From Octopus sinensis (taxonomy: Eukaryota): a DNA stretch of 64,000 nt. The stretch is taken from positions 30,256,001-30,320,000 of the forward strand of contig NC_043016.1 in NCBI RefSeq assembly GCF_006345805.1, written 5' to 3'. The number at the start of each line of letters is the position of its first letter. Within the stretch, counting starts at the first letter, position 1. Below are positions 38,031 to 51,412 of this stretch, one piece after another. The translations under genes were made by a program, and so were the position numbers. The notes beneath the pieces were generated by a model. The model made no database searches. It saw only the letters and a list, made by a program, of their open reading frames with translations, and was not told the DNA's origin.

Positions 38031-38490
38031 ATCCTTCTATTCTTTTACTTGTCTCTGTCATTAGACTGTGGCCATGCTGGGGCACCACCTTGAAAATTTT
38101 TAGTTGAACAAATCAACCCCAGGACTTATTTTTTTGTTAACCTGCTACTTATTCTTTTGGTCTCTTTTGCTGAACTGCTAAGTTACAGGAGTATAAATAA
38201 CCCATGCTGCATGTCAAGTGGCAGTGGTGGTGGTGAAGACAAACAGAAATAAACACACACACACACACACACATGTACACACTCACATGTCCTTATTCGA
38301 AAGACACTTGTTGTTATGTCCTGTTATTTGTATTTGTGTAACCTTCTCCGGTTTTTTTTTCCATCCTTGTTTTCATATATATTCACTGCTTTCTTCTAAG
38401 GAATCTAATGCTCTTAGCTTAGTTTTTCCTTGGGGCTGGCCAGATTGGAGCAATCACTGTCTGGATGTTTTGCATTCTTGTCTCATTTTG

Positions 38491-38523
<33 letters not shown>

Positions 38524-39004
38524 TGGTTTCAAATCTTGGCACAAGGCCATTAGTTTCGTTGACAGGATCAAGTTGATTGAATCAACCCCAGCACTTAGCT
38601 GGTACTTATTTCATCAAACCCTGAAAGAATGAAAGGCAAAGTCGACCTTGGTGGACTTTGAACCCAGAACATGGATGATATGCTGCTAAGCATTTTGTCT
38701 GGTGTTTTAATGATTCTGCCAGCTTGCCATATTAATACAAGGGGCCTCTTTTAGTGTTCATTTACCAGATCCACTCACAAGACTCTGGTGACTTTCTTTT
38801 TTTTAACCTTTCATTTCTTTCCTGTATTCAAAATTCTGTAAATCAAGGAAGCTGGATTTGGCAGGCATTAGTAAAAATAAATAAGTGAATAAATGAAATT
38901 CTTCTACTGGCAACCAAGCAGAGTAAGTCATCAATTAAATAGTAAAGCACAAAAAAAAAAACTAAGGAAGCTTGTGGTGTTCAGTGAGGCATTGAGACAC
39001 TATT

Positions 39005-39390
39005 TCCTCTTTTCCCCTCCCCCTTTTCCTTCCTTCCTTTCTCCCTCCTTTCCTTCCTTCCTTCCTCCCTCTCCCCCCTAGTTCCTTCATCTTTTTCGTC
39101 TTCCATCCCTCCCTCCTCCCCTCCCCCGTCTTTCCTTTCCTTCCTTCATTCTTCCCTCCCTCCCATCCTTCCTTTTCCCCTCCCTTCACCTTCCTTCTTA
39201 CCTCCCCTCCCTCCCTCCCTCCCTCCCTTCCTTCCTCTTCCTTCCTCCCTCCCTTCCTTCTTTCTTCCTTTCCTCCCTCCCCCTTCCTCCCTTCCTCCCT
39301 CCCTTCCTTCCTCCCTTCCTTCCTTCCTTCCTTCCTTCCTTCCTTCCTTCCTTCCTTCCTTCCTTCCTTCCTTCCTCCTTCTCTCTCTGT
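39005..39390. repeat. Polypyrimidine (CCTT/CCCT)n tract
   Basis: Directly visible. Confidence 0.95.
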
Positions 39391-39949
39391 GAAGAAGGAC
39401 ACCCCCTCCCGAAACATGGGAAAATTTTCTTTTCTGACAGTATTAAACAAATGTTAACATTTCAACAAGATTTTTTTTTCCCATGTTCTCTTCTTTTTTT
39501 TTTTCCCATATGAAATAGTTAAATGTCTCAGCTGTGAACACAACACGAGATATAGACTTTTCATTTATTCATACCCTATCAACTCCCGATCATACTGGGT
39601 AAGGGAGGAAGTGACTGACATGCATCGTCATTGATTTGCACTGGGGTGCCATTAAGGGTGGGGACAACTTGCTGGGTCATACATTAAAAAAAATATAATT
39701 TTAGCAAGTTGGCAGAACCGATAGAACACTGGGCGAAATGCTTAGTGGTATTTCGTCCGTCTTTATGTTCTGAGTTCAAATTCCGCCAAGGTCGACTTTG
39801 CTTTTCGTCCTTTCGGGATCGATAAAATAAGTACTAGTTGAGTAATTGAAGTCAATGTAATCGACTTACTCCTCCACTCCCGAAATGCTGACCTTGTGCT
39901 AAAATCGGAAATCAATATTTAACATGTTATTCATATTTGTTACATACAA

Positions 39950-40516
39950 GCGTGATTAATAAAGCCATACTTTCAAATCCTTTCTCTAATTTCTAGTATT
40001 AAAACACATTTGTTTTTAAAGAGTCGTGTGAAGTGCGCTCCCTATTTTTTCTTTTTTTTTTCTGTTTTTTTTTAAATTATTTTTATTTAATATTCAGCTC
40101 GATAAGAAGTCAAAATGGTTTAAGATCACCATTTTATGTCAATCTGAGTAACTATAGTACAGAGTTGCGTCCACTTCTCAATACAGTAATAGTAACGACT
40201 GCATCTAGATGGCGCTTTATTTGTTGTCATTGGTTTCAACATGAAACACCTTGCCGGTAACAACAACAACAACAATAACAACAGCAGCAGCAACAACAAC
40301 TCCAGTAACACCATCCACTTTAGCTTGATTAATCGAATATCGATGTCCTGTGCTGTTCCACTGTGTAACTTTTATGGGACAATGAAACCGGTCATGTATC
40401 GCTGACAATTACAATTTAATGTGTACATATACTTGGTTTTCAGGTCTGTAATTCGCAGCTTCGATTATCAATAATCGCTTTCTATTTGTTATTATTAGTT
40501 TTATTTCATATATTAC

Positions 40517-40555
<39 letters not shown>

Positions 40556-41100
40556 GTTATTGTTATTGTTATTGTTGTTGTTGTTGTTAGTATTAAAGAT
40601 GAAATAATAATTATTATCACTCGTTATTACTATTGTTAATATGGTTACAGCTATTGTTCTTAACGTTGATGTTGTCAATATCTTTATTGAGGTTAGTGTG
40701 GTTGTTTCTTTTTGTTTTTGTACTTTAACTTCGATTCAGGGTTCTGCTTTTCTTTTTTTTTTTTTTGCTTTATTATTATTGTTTTTTTCTTATAAGCAAA
40801 GTTGTACAATCGATATTACGATCGCCGATATTACTTTCAGCGTATTACTGGTACCTATTTTATCGATTCTGAAAGGATTTGATTACAGAAAATTAGACGG
40901 ATGAATCTAGATTATTGTAAGGTATAGTCAAGTGCCCCGTTGTATTTTTTTTTTTTTTGTCAATCTGTTACTTTTCGACAAAATCAAGTGCCGGATGGAA
41001 AATGTCTTGCCGTATTCGGTCTGGCTTTCATCATTTCGAATTTCAGCTTTGTCGTATTTTAGCGGTTATTAGAGTACCAGTCCAACACTGAGGACGATCC
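39950..41100. promoter_or_regulatory. Putative promoter / 5' region of the LEKR1-like gene
   Basis: CpG-enriched, largely non-SINE sequence 2.3-3.5 kb upstream of the first coding exon. YY1-like AGATGGCG at 40207-14 and a possible donor AAG|GTATAG at 40922. The coding exon starts with an acceptor, so an upstream exon must exist. Confidence 0.4.
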
Positions 41101-42193
41101 TTTTTTCTTCCACCTCTCTCCCTTCCTCTCCTTCCACCCCTCTCCTTCACTCCCCCTTCCACCCCCTTTCTGGATTGTATTTATGTCACTCTAATTCATC
41201 CTGAGATTTTCGTTAAGGATGCCCAAGTCAGTGGAATACTCAACCATCCACACTTTCTAATTTCACAAGTAGAAATGCAATTGGTTGGGAATAAGTGAAT
41301 GCTCATCATTGAACCTAATGAAGAATCCACTTACACCAATGCCACTGACATCACCAACACCATTTCCACCACCACCACCACCAACACCAACACAAATATT
41401 ATCAACAACACAAATACTATCAATAACACAAAACCTAACTTCTATTACAACTACTACAGCTAATATCAACATCACCACCACCAACAACTGCCACAACACC
41501 AACACAACAATAACAACAACAACAACAAGACTAATACCACCAACACCACTATGTTTGATGTTTTAATGATGTTGGTGCTAAGCTAGCTGAATCAGTAGAG
41601 CATCAGAAAATTCTAAGGTGGTGAGCTGGCAAAAACGTTAGCACGCCAGGCGAAATGCTCAGCGGTATCTCACCTGCCGCTACGTTCTGAGTTCAAATTC
41701 TGCCGAGACTTAATCCGTTTGTCTGTCCTTGTTTGTCCCCTCTGTGAGTAGCCCCTTGTGGGTACTAAAGAAATAAGAAAATTCTAAGTTTAAATTCTGC
41801 TTGAAATCAGGCTTTGTCTTTCATCCTTTTGCAGTCGATAAAATAAAGTACCAGCCAAGTTCTTTGGGTCATAGTACCTACTAAGCTCCATTCACTCAAA
41901 ATTGCTGGTCTAATGTCTATGATTAGAAACAAATGTTGTAAATGCCATAAAGTAAGAAGTTAGTTTGTAGCTGAGTTGGGTCTTAAACCTAATCTAACTG
42001 CTATATTGACATCATACATTATAGGTTTCTGTTGTTTTTTGTAAAGGCATGAAAATCACTAAATCTCATTTCTCGTCCTTGTAAATTTAAGATCATCTGT
42101 ATGTATAAGGAAACACAATTATGCTTTGTTTTTTGTCACTGGTGTTATGCTGTGTCTATAAACAAGACACTTTGATTTCCATAATCCAGTTTA

Positions 42194-42830
42194 TTAACCC
42201 TTTAGTGTTTCAGATTATTCTTATCTCTTTACTGCTCACAAGGGACTACATACAGAGGGGACAAACAAGGACAGACAAACGGTTTAAGTCGATTATATTG
42301 ACCCCAGTATGTAACTGGTACTTATTTAATTGACCCCGAAAGGATGAAAGGCAAAGTTGACCTCTGCAGAATTTGAACTCAGAACATAGCGGTAGACGAA
42401 ATACCTATTTCTTTACTACCCACTAGGGGCTAAACACAGAGAGGACAAACAAGGACAGACAAACGGATTAAGTCGATTATATCGACCCCAGTGCGTAACT
42501 GGGACTTATTTAATCGACCCCGAAAGAATGAAAGGCAAAGTCGACCTCGGCGGAATTTGAACTTAGAACGTAGCAGCAGATGAAATACCGCTAAGTATTT
42601 CACCCAGTGTGCTAACGATTCTACCAGCTTGCCACCTTCAATTATTTCAGATTATTCTGTCAAATCTAATACTTAGTTATTCACATTGTTTTGAATTAAC
42701 CATGGATTATCTCAAGCTTTGAGATTTTAATGATGCGATTACTTACTTTTAGAATGACATTGTAGCATAAATGTGAGAAGCCTGATCTGGTAAGTTTGAA
42801 CACAAAACATGGTTTAAATGTTGAAGGGTT
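42194..42830. mobile_element. TTAACCCTTTAG-ended MITE interrupted by a SINE dimer
   Basis: Left end TTAACCCTTTAG and degraded right end AATGTTGAAGGGTT; a related copy ends at about 6730 (AATGCTATAGGGTTAA). Confidence 0.6.
42222..42644 (-). mobile_element. SINE family B tandem dimer inserted in a MITE
   Basis: One headed copy plus one headless copy, flanked by TTTCAGATTATTCT at 42208-21 and 42645-58. Confidence 0.85.
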
Positions 42831-43439
42831 TGAGACAGTGAGGTATTGTTGAATTGAATGTCTCATGGTATTATCTTTGATTCTCTGTGTTCTCAGTTCA
42901 AAGTCTGCCAAAGTCGACTTTGCTTTCCAACCTATCAGGGTGGACAGCTTGCATAACACTGCAAAAATCTCTCACCTACAAAGCCAAGTAGTCCAGAATC
43001 AAACAAGAACAAGATCTCCAGATTTGCAATGAGGCAAGTGTTACTGAAAAAACACAGAAAAAAAAATGATACTTTTGTTTTTATGAAATTGAGCTGGGAG
43101 CTGAACTAAACATGGCTACAGGCAGGATTCAGTCTGAAAGCTATATGTTTAACACCCCTACTCTATATATAGTTGCTTGATCTGCTAGAAATAACAACCA
43201 GATTTTGTTCAATTTAGATCCTGCTATCTTAGAAACAAAATGTAGTTGTAATTATACAAACAACAACTGCTGCTGCTACAAATACACCATCTCACCCCTA
43301 CCCCGCCCCAGCTCTGCTTCACTTGCTTAACATCTAAGTAAAACACTAGACATTGAAAGAAATATCTAAATTTTAAAGAAATGTTATGATAAACATAATT
43401 TTCTTTTAACTTTTTTTTTTTTTGTTTAATCTTTTACAG

Positions 43440-43736
43440 GATGGAGTACCATTTGGAAAGGTACTCACCCCAGCATCCACTGCCAGAGAGCATTCAGAAG
43501 ATGGAAGTGAGTGAAACAGTGTGTCATTACTGTGGAATGAGCTATCTCATTCACAGAGAAATTAAAGCACTTGAAGATAAGATCCTAAGGTTAGAATTGG
43601 AATTGAAAAAATGCAGAGATGCCGAACAGAGAGAAAAGGAGCTTATTTCTCGGGTTAATAGCCTGCAACAATCTCTTGAAGAAGTCCAACAGCAGAAGGA
43701 AACACTACATAATGCTTCCACATTAAATGAGGCCCA
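43440..43736 (+). CDS. LEKR1: LEKR1-like coiled-coil protein, first coding exon (ATG at 43441)
   Basis: Long poly-T tract and TTTTACAG acceptor (AG 43438-39); donor CA|GTAAGC at 43737. Translation MEYHLERYSPQHPLPESIQKMEVSETVCHYCGMSYLIHREIKALEDKI... matches the LEKR1 N-terminus as I recall it (HxLPExIQKM...VCxYCGxSYLI..E.KA.E.K) and is followed by heptad-rich sequence. Ends in phase 2. Confidence 0.9.
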
Positions 43737-44564
43737 GTAAGCAGTTTTTAGTGAAGTATACCAGTAATACACTGAGTGGTGTTGTGGTCTTGTGTGTGTG
43801 TGTGTATTTGTGTGATTGTGTGTGCGTGCAGTTTGTGTGTGTATGTGTTTGTACAAGGCAGGGATATGATTATTCAACTTCAATCTTTCCCTGTGAATCT
43901 GGTTGCTTGCACCAGTGTTAGAAACCATTCTAGTTATTGTTTAATTCAAGCTCAGTTCTGATCAAAGGCACCTATGATCAAAAGGCATCCCAGCCATGAC
44001 AGTCTTGTTTCTATTTGTTTCTTTCAAACACATTGTACATCTAATAATGCATTTTTTTTCTGATATGTCCTTCCTACAATTTTTTATCTGGAGAATTTGG
44101 CAGAGATGCTAGGATATGAAATAGAGTGCTTGATGGTGTTTGTCCTGGCTCTTGGAGTTCTCCTTTCAAATCATATCCACTGCCAAGACTAATCCCTTAA
44201 CCATTGCACCACAATTGATTTTTGAAAGGTTCAATGGATGAAGCGGGAGGAGTGTGACTCTGTTGAACCATGATGGAATGATTTAAGAGAGATTTAATTA
44301 CTTGTTTCAGTGTAGATAGCAAATGGCAAACTAGGTAGAAAAGGAGGTAAAATGATGGTACAATTGGTAAGGAAACAAAATGGTAGTTGATGGGTGGCAG
44401 AATTGGTAGAACAAAAGGTAGTGGATGGTAGAAATATCGAAAGAGTGCACAAAGTTATTTGTGGTATTTATCTCATACACTAAAGGCATCATCAGTTTAT
44501 GTTTCATTAGAGAGCAGTACACATCATCAAGAGATGCTTCAAAAAATTTTAGATAGATATATAG

Positions 44565-44728
44565 GCATAGGAGTGGCTGTATGGTAAGTAGCTTGCTTAC
44601 CAACCACATGGTTCTGGGTTCACTCCCACTGCGTGGCACCTTGGGCAAGCGTCTTCTGCTATAGCCTCAGGCCAACCAAAGCCTTGTGAGTGGATTTGGT
44701 AGACGGGAACTGAAAGAAGCCCATCATA

Positions 44729-44779
<51 letters not shown>

Positions 44780-45015
44780 ATATGTATGTATGTGTGTGTA
44801 TATGTTTGTATGTCTGTATTTGTCCCTCTCCCCATCACTTGACAACCGATAGTGGTGTGTTTACGTCCCCATAACATTAGCGGTTCGGCAAAAGAGACCG
44901 ATAGAATAAGTACTAGGCTTCCAAAGAATAAGTCCAGGGGTCGATTTGCTCGACTAAAGGCGGTGGTCCAGCATGGCCACAGTCAAATGACTGAAACAAA
45001 AGAGAAAAGAAAAAG
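44565..45015 (+). mobile_element. SINE family A, full length
   Basis: Same structure as the copy at 36590. Confidence 0.9.
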
Positions 45016-45499
45016 AGATATGGTCATCAAAGATTGGTGCTCACATGCTTACTTTGTGTAATGTGCCTAAGCAACAACAATGTGGGAATCTCAGATGAAT
45101 TTATGTTTGCACTGGAAGTAAAAGAAAGTGAATGTTTTAAAGCACTTTTTGATAATGAGATTGTAAATTTTATTGTTTATGTGTTTAATAATAATTATTA
45201 TAATTTTTGTACTTATTTAAAATGAAAATAAGTATAAAAATTACTCCTAAGAAAAAGAAATTTCTCCTGTTTGGCACACGCTTTCAAGCAACTCTTTTCT
45301 CTTGTCTAAGGGTTAATTATGTCTATTCACATTCAAAATCCAAATACCTCTGGGGCCATCATTGCTTTTCATCCTTCCAAGCTCAATACAATAAAGTGCT
45401 TATAATACACTGAGATAAATGTGATTGCTTATACCTTATCCCTTCATCATCAAAAAGGTTTTATGGATTTGTGGGTTTCTTTTAGCAATCATAGTAACT

Positions 45500-48250
45500 A
45501 AGATGGTGAGCTACCTGAATTGTTAGCATGCCGAGAAAAATGCTCAGTGGTTGATAAAAGAAGTATCAGTTGAACACTGGGGTTAATGTAATTAACTTAT
45601 GCACCTCCCCCAAAATTACTGGCCTTGTGCCAAAATTTGAAACCATTATTATGGTAGTAATTAAGGTAGCAAGCTGGCAGAATCGTTAGCACACTGGGTG
45701 AAACGCTTAGCTGTATTTCATCTGCTGCTATGTTCTGAGTTCAAATTCCGCCAAGCTTAACTTTGTTTTTCATCCATTTAGGGTTGATAAATTAAGTACC
45801 AGTTGCATACTGGGATTGATCTAATTGACTGGCCTCCCCTCCCACCAAATTTCAAGCCTGGTGCCTATTGTAGAAAGGATTATTATTATCAGGGCGGCAA
45901 GCTGGCAGAATCATTAGCACGCTGGGTGAAATGCTCAGCGGCATTTTGTCTGCAGCTACATTCTGAGTTCAAATTCTGCCGAGGTCAACTTTGCCTTTCA
46001 TCCTTTCGGGGGTCAATAAATTAAGTACCAGTTGCATACTGGGATGGATCTAATCAACTGGCCTCCTCCCCTCAAATTTCAGGCCTTGTGCCTATAGTAG
46101 GAAGGGTGCATTTAAGCAGCACCAGCACAAGTGCTTTTTAAGTGGCACAGGCACCTGAAAGAACATGCCTTTCTGAGTCTGGGTCAATGAAATAAATACC
46201 AGTTGAATATGAGTTGATGTAATTGACTAGCTGTGGAGGCACATGGCCTAGTGGTTAGAGCAGTGGACTCACGGTCAAGGGATCACGGGTTTGAAACTCA
46301 GACCGGGCGATATGTGTGTTTATGAGCGAAACACCTAAACTCCATGCGGCTCCGACAGAAGGTAATGGCGAACTTCTGCTGACCCTTTCGCCACAACTTT
46401 CTCTCACTCTTTCGTCCTGCATCTAGCAGCTCACCTGTGATGGACTGGTGTCCCGTCCAGGTGGGGAACCTATATGCCAAGGAAACTGGGAAACCGACCC
46501 TTATGAGCCAGGTATGGCTCGAGAAGGAACAAACAAAACAAATTGACTAGCTTCTGCTTCCAAAATTTCAGGCCTTGTGGCTATAGTAGAAAGGATTATT
46601 ATGTTAAAAATTAAGGCAATGAGTTGGCTAAATAGTCAGCACATTGGAGAAAATGCTTGGCAGGATTTCTTTTGGTCCTTTATATTCTGTGTTCAGAATT
46701 GCCTAGATCAACTTTGCCTTTCCTCTTTTCACAATCATTAAACTACAGTACCAGTTAAGTAGTGGGATCGATGTTATTGACAGACTCCCTCCCTACAAAA
46801 AAATTTCTGGTCTTGTGCCAAAATTTGAAACCAACTTTATGTCTTTGGGTAAGGTGTTGAGCTGGTAGAATCATTAGCATGCCAGACAAAATGGTTGACT
46901 TAGCCTTTCATCCTTTCTGGGTCAATAAATTAAGTACCAGTTGCATACTGGAGTTGATCAAATTGACTGGCCCCCTTCTCCCAAATTTCAGGCCTTGTGC
47001 TATTGTAGAAAGGGTTATTATTAAAGCATCAAGCTGGCAGAATCATTAGCGCACCGGACAAAATGCTTAGTGGTATTTCATTTGACGTTCTGAGTTCAAA
47101 TTCCGCCAGACAAAATTATTCATGGCAGTTTATCTATCTTTACATTTTGATTTCAAATTCCACTGAGGTTGACTTTGCCTTTCATCCTTTTGGGTTAAGT
47201 AAAATAAGTACCAGTCGAGTACTGGGGTCAGTGTAATTGACTGACCCCTTCCCCTCAAAATTGCTGGCCTTGTGCCATCATCTGAAACCAATATTAGTTC
47301 TAATCTTTTACATTCTGGGTTCAAATCATTCTGATGTCAACCTTACCTTTCATCCTTCCTGGGATGATAAATTTTAGACCGTGTACCTATGTCAGACACA
47401 GCAACAACTTTTTTTTTAGTTCATATTTTACTCAAGGAAACTTCTTCTGACATACTTTTTGGGCAACAGATTTGCAGAATTATTATAGGGGCAAAATTAC
47501 CTTGCAGTATTTGTTTCAGCAGTCTACTTTCTGAGTTCAAATCCTACTGTGGTTAACTTTATATTTCATCCTTTTGGGGTTGATAAAATTGACTAACCCA
47601 CTCCCCTCAAAATCATTAACCTTTTGTCTAAGACAGAAACAATCCAAGCCCTTGTGGCTAATGGTAATAAAAATTAATGATAATAATAATAATAAAAGTG
47701 AAGGTGCATGGCTCAGTAGTTAGTGCATTGGGCTCACAATCATGAGGTAGTGAGTTCGATCCTTGGACTGGGCTGTGTGTTGTGTTCCCGAGCCAGACAT
47801 TTTACTTCACATTGCTCCAGTTCACTCAGCTGTAGAAATGAGTTGTGACATCACTGATGCCAAGCTGTAGTAGTCTTTGCCTTTCCCTTGGATAACAATG
47901 GTGACATGGAGAGGGGAGGCTGGTATACAATAGCGACTGTTGCAATTCCATAAACCACCTTGCCTGGACTTGTGCCTCTGTGGGGAACTTTCTAGGTGCA
48001 ATCCCATGGTCATTCATGACCGAAAGGGATCTTCAATAATAATAATGAAAATTATCAACATCATTGTTGTTAACTGGCAGAATCAATTATGCAATTGAAA
48101 AAAAAATCAATTAGTGTAGTTTCTTTGGACTTTTTACATTGCGAGTTCAAATCCTGTCTCGGTCAGTTTTGCCATTCACCCCTTCAGGGTTGATAAAATA
48201 ATGTACCTGTCAAGTATTGGGGTCAATGTATTGGAGTAGCCCTCTCACCC
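45500..48250 (+). repeat. Cluster of ten or more same-orientation family B SINE copies
   Basis: Repeated GCTGGCAGAATC head, CTTTCATCC..TAAGTACCAG core and (ATT)n tail units, with nested family D (46233-46540) and family E (47697-48035) elements. Confidence 0.85.
46233..46540 (+). mobile_element. SINE family D, tail type 1, with 12-bp TSD
   Basis: A box TGGCCTAGTGG, (AACA)n tail; AATTGACTAGCT at 46221-32 and 46541-52. Confidence 0.9.
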
Positions 48251-48777
48251 ATTATTATTATCTTGATTGGCAAAATCAAATTTACCTGTTATCTCTTAAG
48301 TTGGGGGTGTAGAGTTGGCAGCGGTGGTGATGGTGTTGGTGGCAGTGGTAGTAGTGATGGAGGTGGAGGTGGTAGGGGGTGAAAGACCTAGGAAGAAGAT
48401 ATGGTGAGGTATGATCTCAGGAAGCTTGTGCAATAAGCCATACTGCCGAAGAGCTATCCAACTCCTATGATTGCATGTTAAAAGGCAGCAGCTGCTTTTC
48501 TTCATCAGCTGATGATGAAGATAGTAGTGATGGCGGCGGTGGTGGTGGTGAAGAAGAAGAAGAAGAAGAAATTGAGAACAATATTTTTTTTGCATCAGTG
48601 ATCAAAGTGTACTGTTCCGCCTCATTGCTTGTTCAGGTTCATTTATCACAATATTTCATATTTCCCAGCTTCAGTTTTCTCCAGGAGGTACCATCAGAAA
48701 TTCTTACATTTGCAGGGTTGGGTCACCATTTTGGCAGTTTTCTCATCTCTGTCAATGCAGACGGTAATTGCTAATTG

Positions 48778-48824
48778 CTAAATTTTAAAACAATTTTCTT
48801 TCTTTCTTTCTCCTTCTTTCTTTT

Positions 48825-48863
<39 letters not shown>

Positions 48864-49020
48864 CCTTCTTCTTCTTTCTTTCTTTCCTTATTTCTCCTTC
48901 TTTCCTTCTTTCTCCTTCTTTCTTTCTTTCTTTCTTTATTTCTTTCTCCTTCTTTCTTTCTTTCTTTCCTTATTTCTCCTTCTAAATTTTAAAACAATTT
49001 TCTTTCTTTCTTTCTTTCTC

Positions 49021-49062
<42 letters not shown>

Positions 49063-49069
49063 CTCTCTT

Positions 49070-49120
<51 letters not shown>
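48778..49120. repeat. (TTTC)n/(CT)n tract with a duplicated unique anchor
   Basis: CTAAATTTTAAAACAATTTTC occurs at about 48778 and 48982. Confidence 0.9.
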
Positions 49121-49121
<1 letters not shown>

Positions 49122-49264
49122 ATTCAGTATTCTTACTTAGTGAATCAACAATTAACACTTTGGTAGATGCAGAAAGATTAAACTTCTGTTGAAGAATTTT
49201 AACAAGAATGAGCCATAAGAATTATTTACCATACCTTCTGATGAAAAAAAAAAAAATCATCATG

Positions 49265-49670
49265 TAGGTGTAGGAGTGGCTGTGTGGTATGTAGCTTGCT
49301 TACGAACCACATGGTTCCAGGTTCAGTCCCACTGCGTGGCACCTTGGGCAAATGTCTTCTACTATAGCCGCAGGCCGACCAAAGCCTTGTGAGTAGATTT
49401 GGTAGACAGAAACTGAAAAGAGCCCGTCATATATATGTATATATATATATATGTGTATGTTTGTGTGTCTTTGTTTGTCCTCCCAACATTACTTGACAAC
49501 CGATGCTGGTGTGTTTATGTCCCCGTAACTTAGCGGTTCAGCAAAAGAGACCGATAGAATAAGTACTAGGCTTACAAAGAATAAGTCCTGGGGTTGATTT
49601 GCTCGACTAAAGGTGATGCTCCAGCATGGCCACAGTCAAATGACTGAAACAAGTAAAAGAGTAAAAAAGT
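49265..49670 (+). mobile_element. SINE family A, full length
   Basis: Same structure as the copy at 36590. Confidence 0.9.
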
Positions 49671-50544
49671 AAATAATGGGGTTTCTTTGTTGCAAGGGAG
49701 GGGATTATATCTTATATTTCATCTTGTTTCAGTTTTATTTTTGTCTTTTAATGTTCCAAGCATTTTTCACAAATGTTTTCTGTAAGTTGTGACATACTAG
49801 CAATGGAAATGCAAATCCAAATTTATTCTTTAATTATTCTCTTAACTGAAAAGACAAAAATAGATAAGAGTGAACAACTAGAAGGAAGGGCATCTAGTTG
49901 TAAAAAAAAAAAAACGCTTTAAAAATGGGTTTCCATGTAACCCATGCTAACCTACAAAAATAGACATAAAACTAATGAACATTTCCATACTTGTGGCTGG
50001 GTTGAGGAGAGCTCAGCCACAACTGTGTTGCTTTTTTGTTGCTCTCTTTCGAATGAGTAGGATTTATGAGCCCTGAGTTCTCTGCAAACCTGACTTGCTA
50101 TTGAGTTAGCTTCCTTTGTCTTAGCCTCTTTACAGACTCATGGTTAGAGAGGATTTATTCTCAGAGTTTATGTTCTAATCTAGGTTGCCTTCCCAGGCTG
50201 CAAAACCCAGAGCATGATTAAAAAAGTAAGAAACTAAAATGTTTTATCAGTAGCTGATTGCAACTCCAGACCAACAGCCATTAGGTACTGTGCCAAATTG
50301 GCACTTTTCTTGGCCAATCATTTTATTTTATTAATAGCAGCAACAACTTCTATGACACCACCAAAACCCAGCAGCAGATTACATTAGCCATTTTCAGATC
50401 AGTCATCCAATGTACTGTTTTATTGAATTCCTCTGACCAACTGGTTTCAACAGCTGATGTACCTCCATCATTACTTTCTAAGGTTGTGTACCACGTCATT
50501 CATCTAAAAATTAAACTGGCACCATCACCAAACCAACAGCAACT

Positions 50545-51030
50545 GTGGAGGTGCAATGGCTTAGTGGTTAGGGCAGCGGACTTGTGGTTGTAAGAACACA
50601 GTTTTGATTCCCAGACCGGGCATTATGAGTGTTTATTGAGCAAAACACACCTAAGCTCCACAAAGCTCCGGCAGTTGGGTGGTGAACTCCGCTGTACTCT
50701 TTCACCAACTTTCTTTCACTCTTTCTTCCTACTTCTGCCACAAAGCAGAGGAACCATGGTGTAACCCACTACAGTCTAGATTTCGAATCCTCTGTACCCC
50801 AGGATGGTTCAGCTCTCCACCCATTAAAAGCCACTGTTTACGGAATGAGGATAACAATGTAGCTTTTGCGCCTGTGCAACCTCCAGTCTATCGCGTGTGG
50901 TGGATGGACCTCCAAGTTGCCAAACACATTCTTAGTAGCTTTAGAGTAGGCTTGAATTAGAGATTATTCTTTGTGGCTAATGGCGTGAGTCCTGATTGGA
51001 AGAAGAAGAAGAAGGAGAAGGAGAAGATGA
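50545..51030 (+). mobile_element. SINE family D, tail type 2
   Basis: Same head as 46233, different 3' half, (AAG)n tail. Confidence 0.8.
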
Positions 51031-51412
51031 TTATCATCATCATCATCAGCAGCAGCAGCAACTCTTCTAGCCAATCAGTGACTTAGACCAATGCTAAACA
51101 GTGGTCACCATTTATTATGGCACAGCAATCAATGCCCAAATATTTTAGGAAAGTCTTGTAAAATTTTGTCAATCATGATTTGATCTGGTGTGATTGGATG
51201 CTAAGTTATTCTGCTTATAATATGACTGTGGATGTTCTAGATCGGTATTTCTCCTCTATGAACCCCTTTACTTTTTGTTTACTTTACTAGACCCATGTAG
51301 CCATTCAATATTTAAACTTTTTAAAAAATCCTAATATATTTTTATGATTAAATATTATTAGGAATTGTATTTAAAAACATATTTAAATATTTTGTGTATT
51401 GTAGAAGTATAC

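Noticed and set aside
38962-39450. Arg/Lys/Glu/Gly-rich 162-aa ORF
   Set aside because: Antisense translation of the (CCTT)n tract.
46233-46310. tRNA-like sequences with A and B boxes (also 50545, 52076, 47697 and others)
   Set aside because: No complete cloverleaf or acceptor stem; they continue into multicopy SINE bodies.
45500-48250. Repeat-spacer-like array reminiscent of CRISPR
   Set aside because: Units are 100-250 nt, diverged SINE copies in a eukaryotic intron; no constant short repeat and no cas genes.
48708-48770. Antisense exon candidate (ITVCIDRDEKTAKMVTQPCK, GTAAGA donor) in the LEKR1 intron
   Set aside because: The acceptor is preceded by a purine-rich (GAAA)n tract and no partner exons were found.
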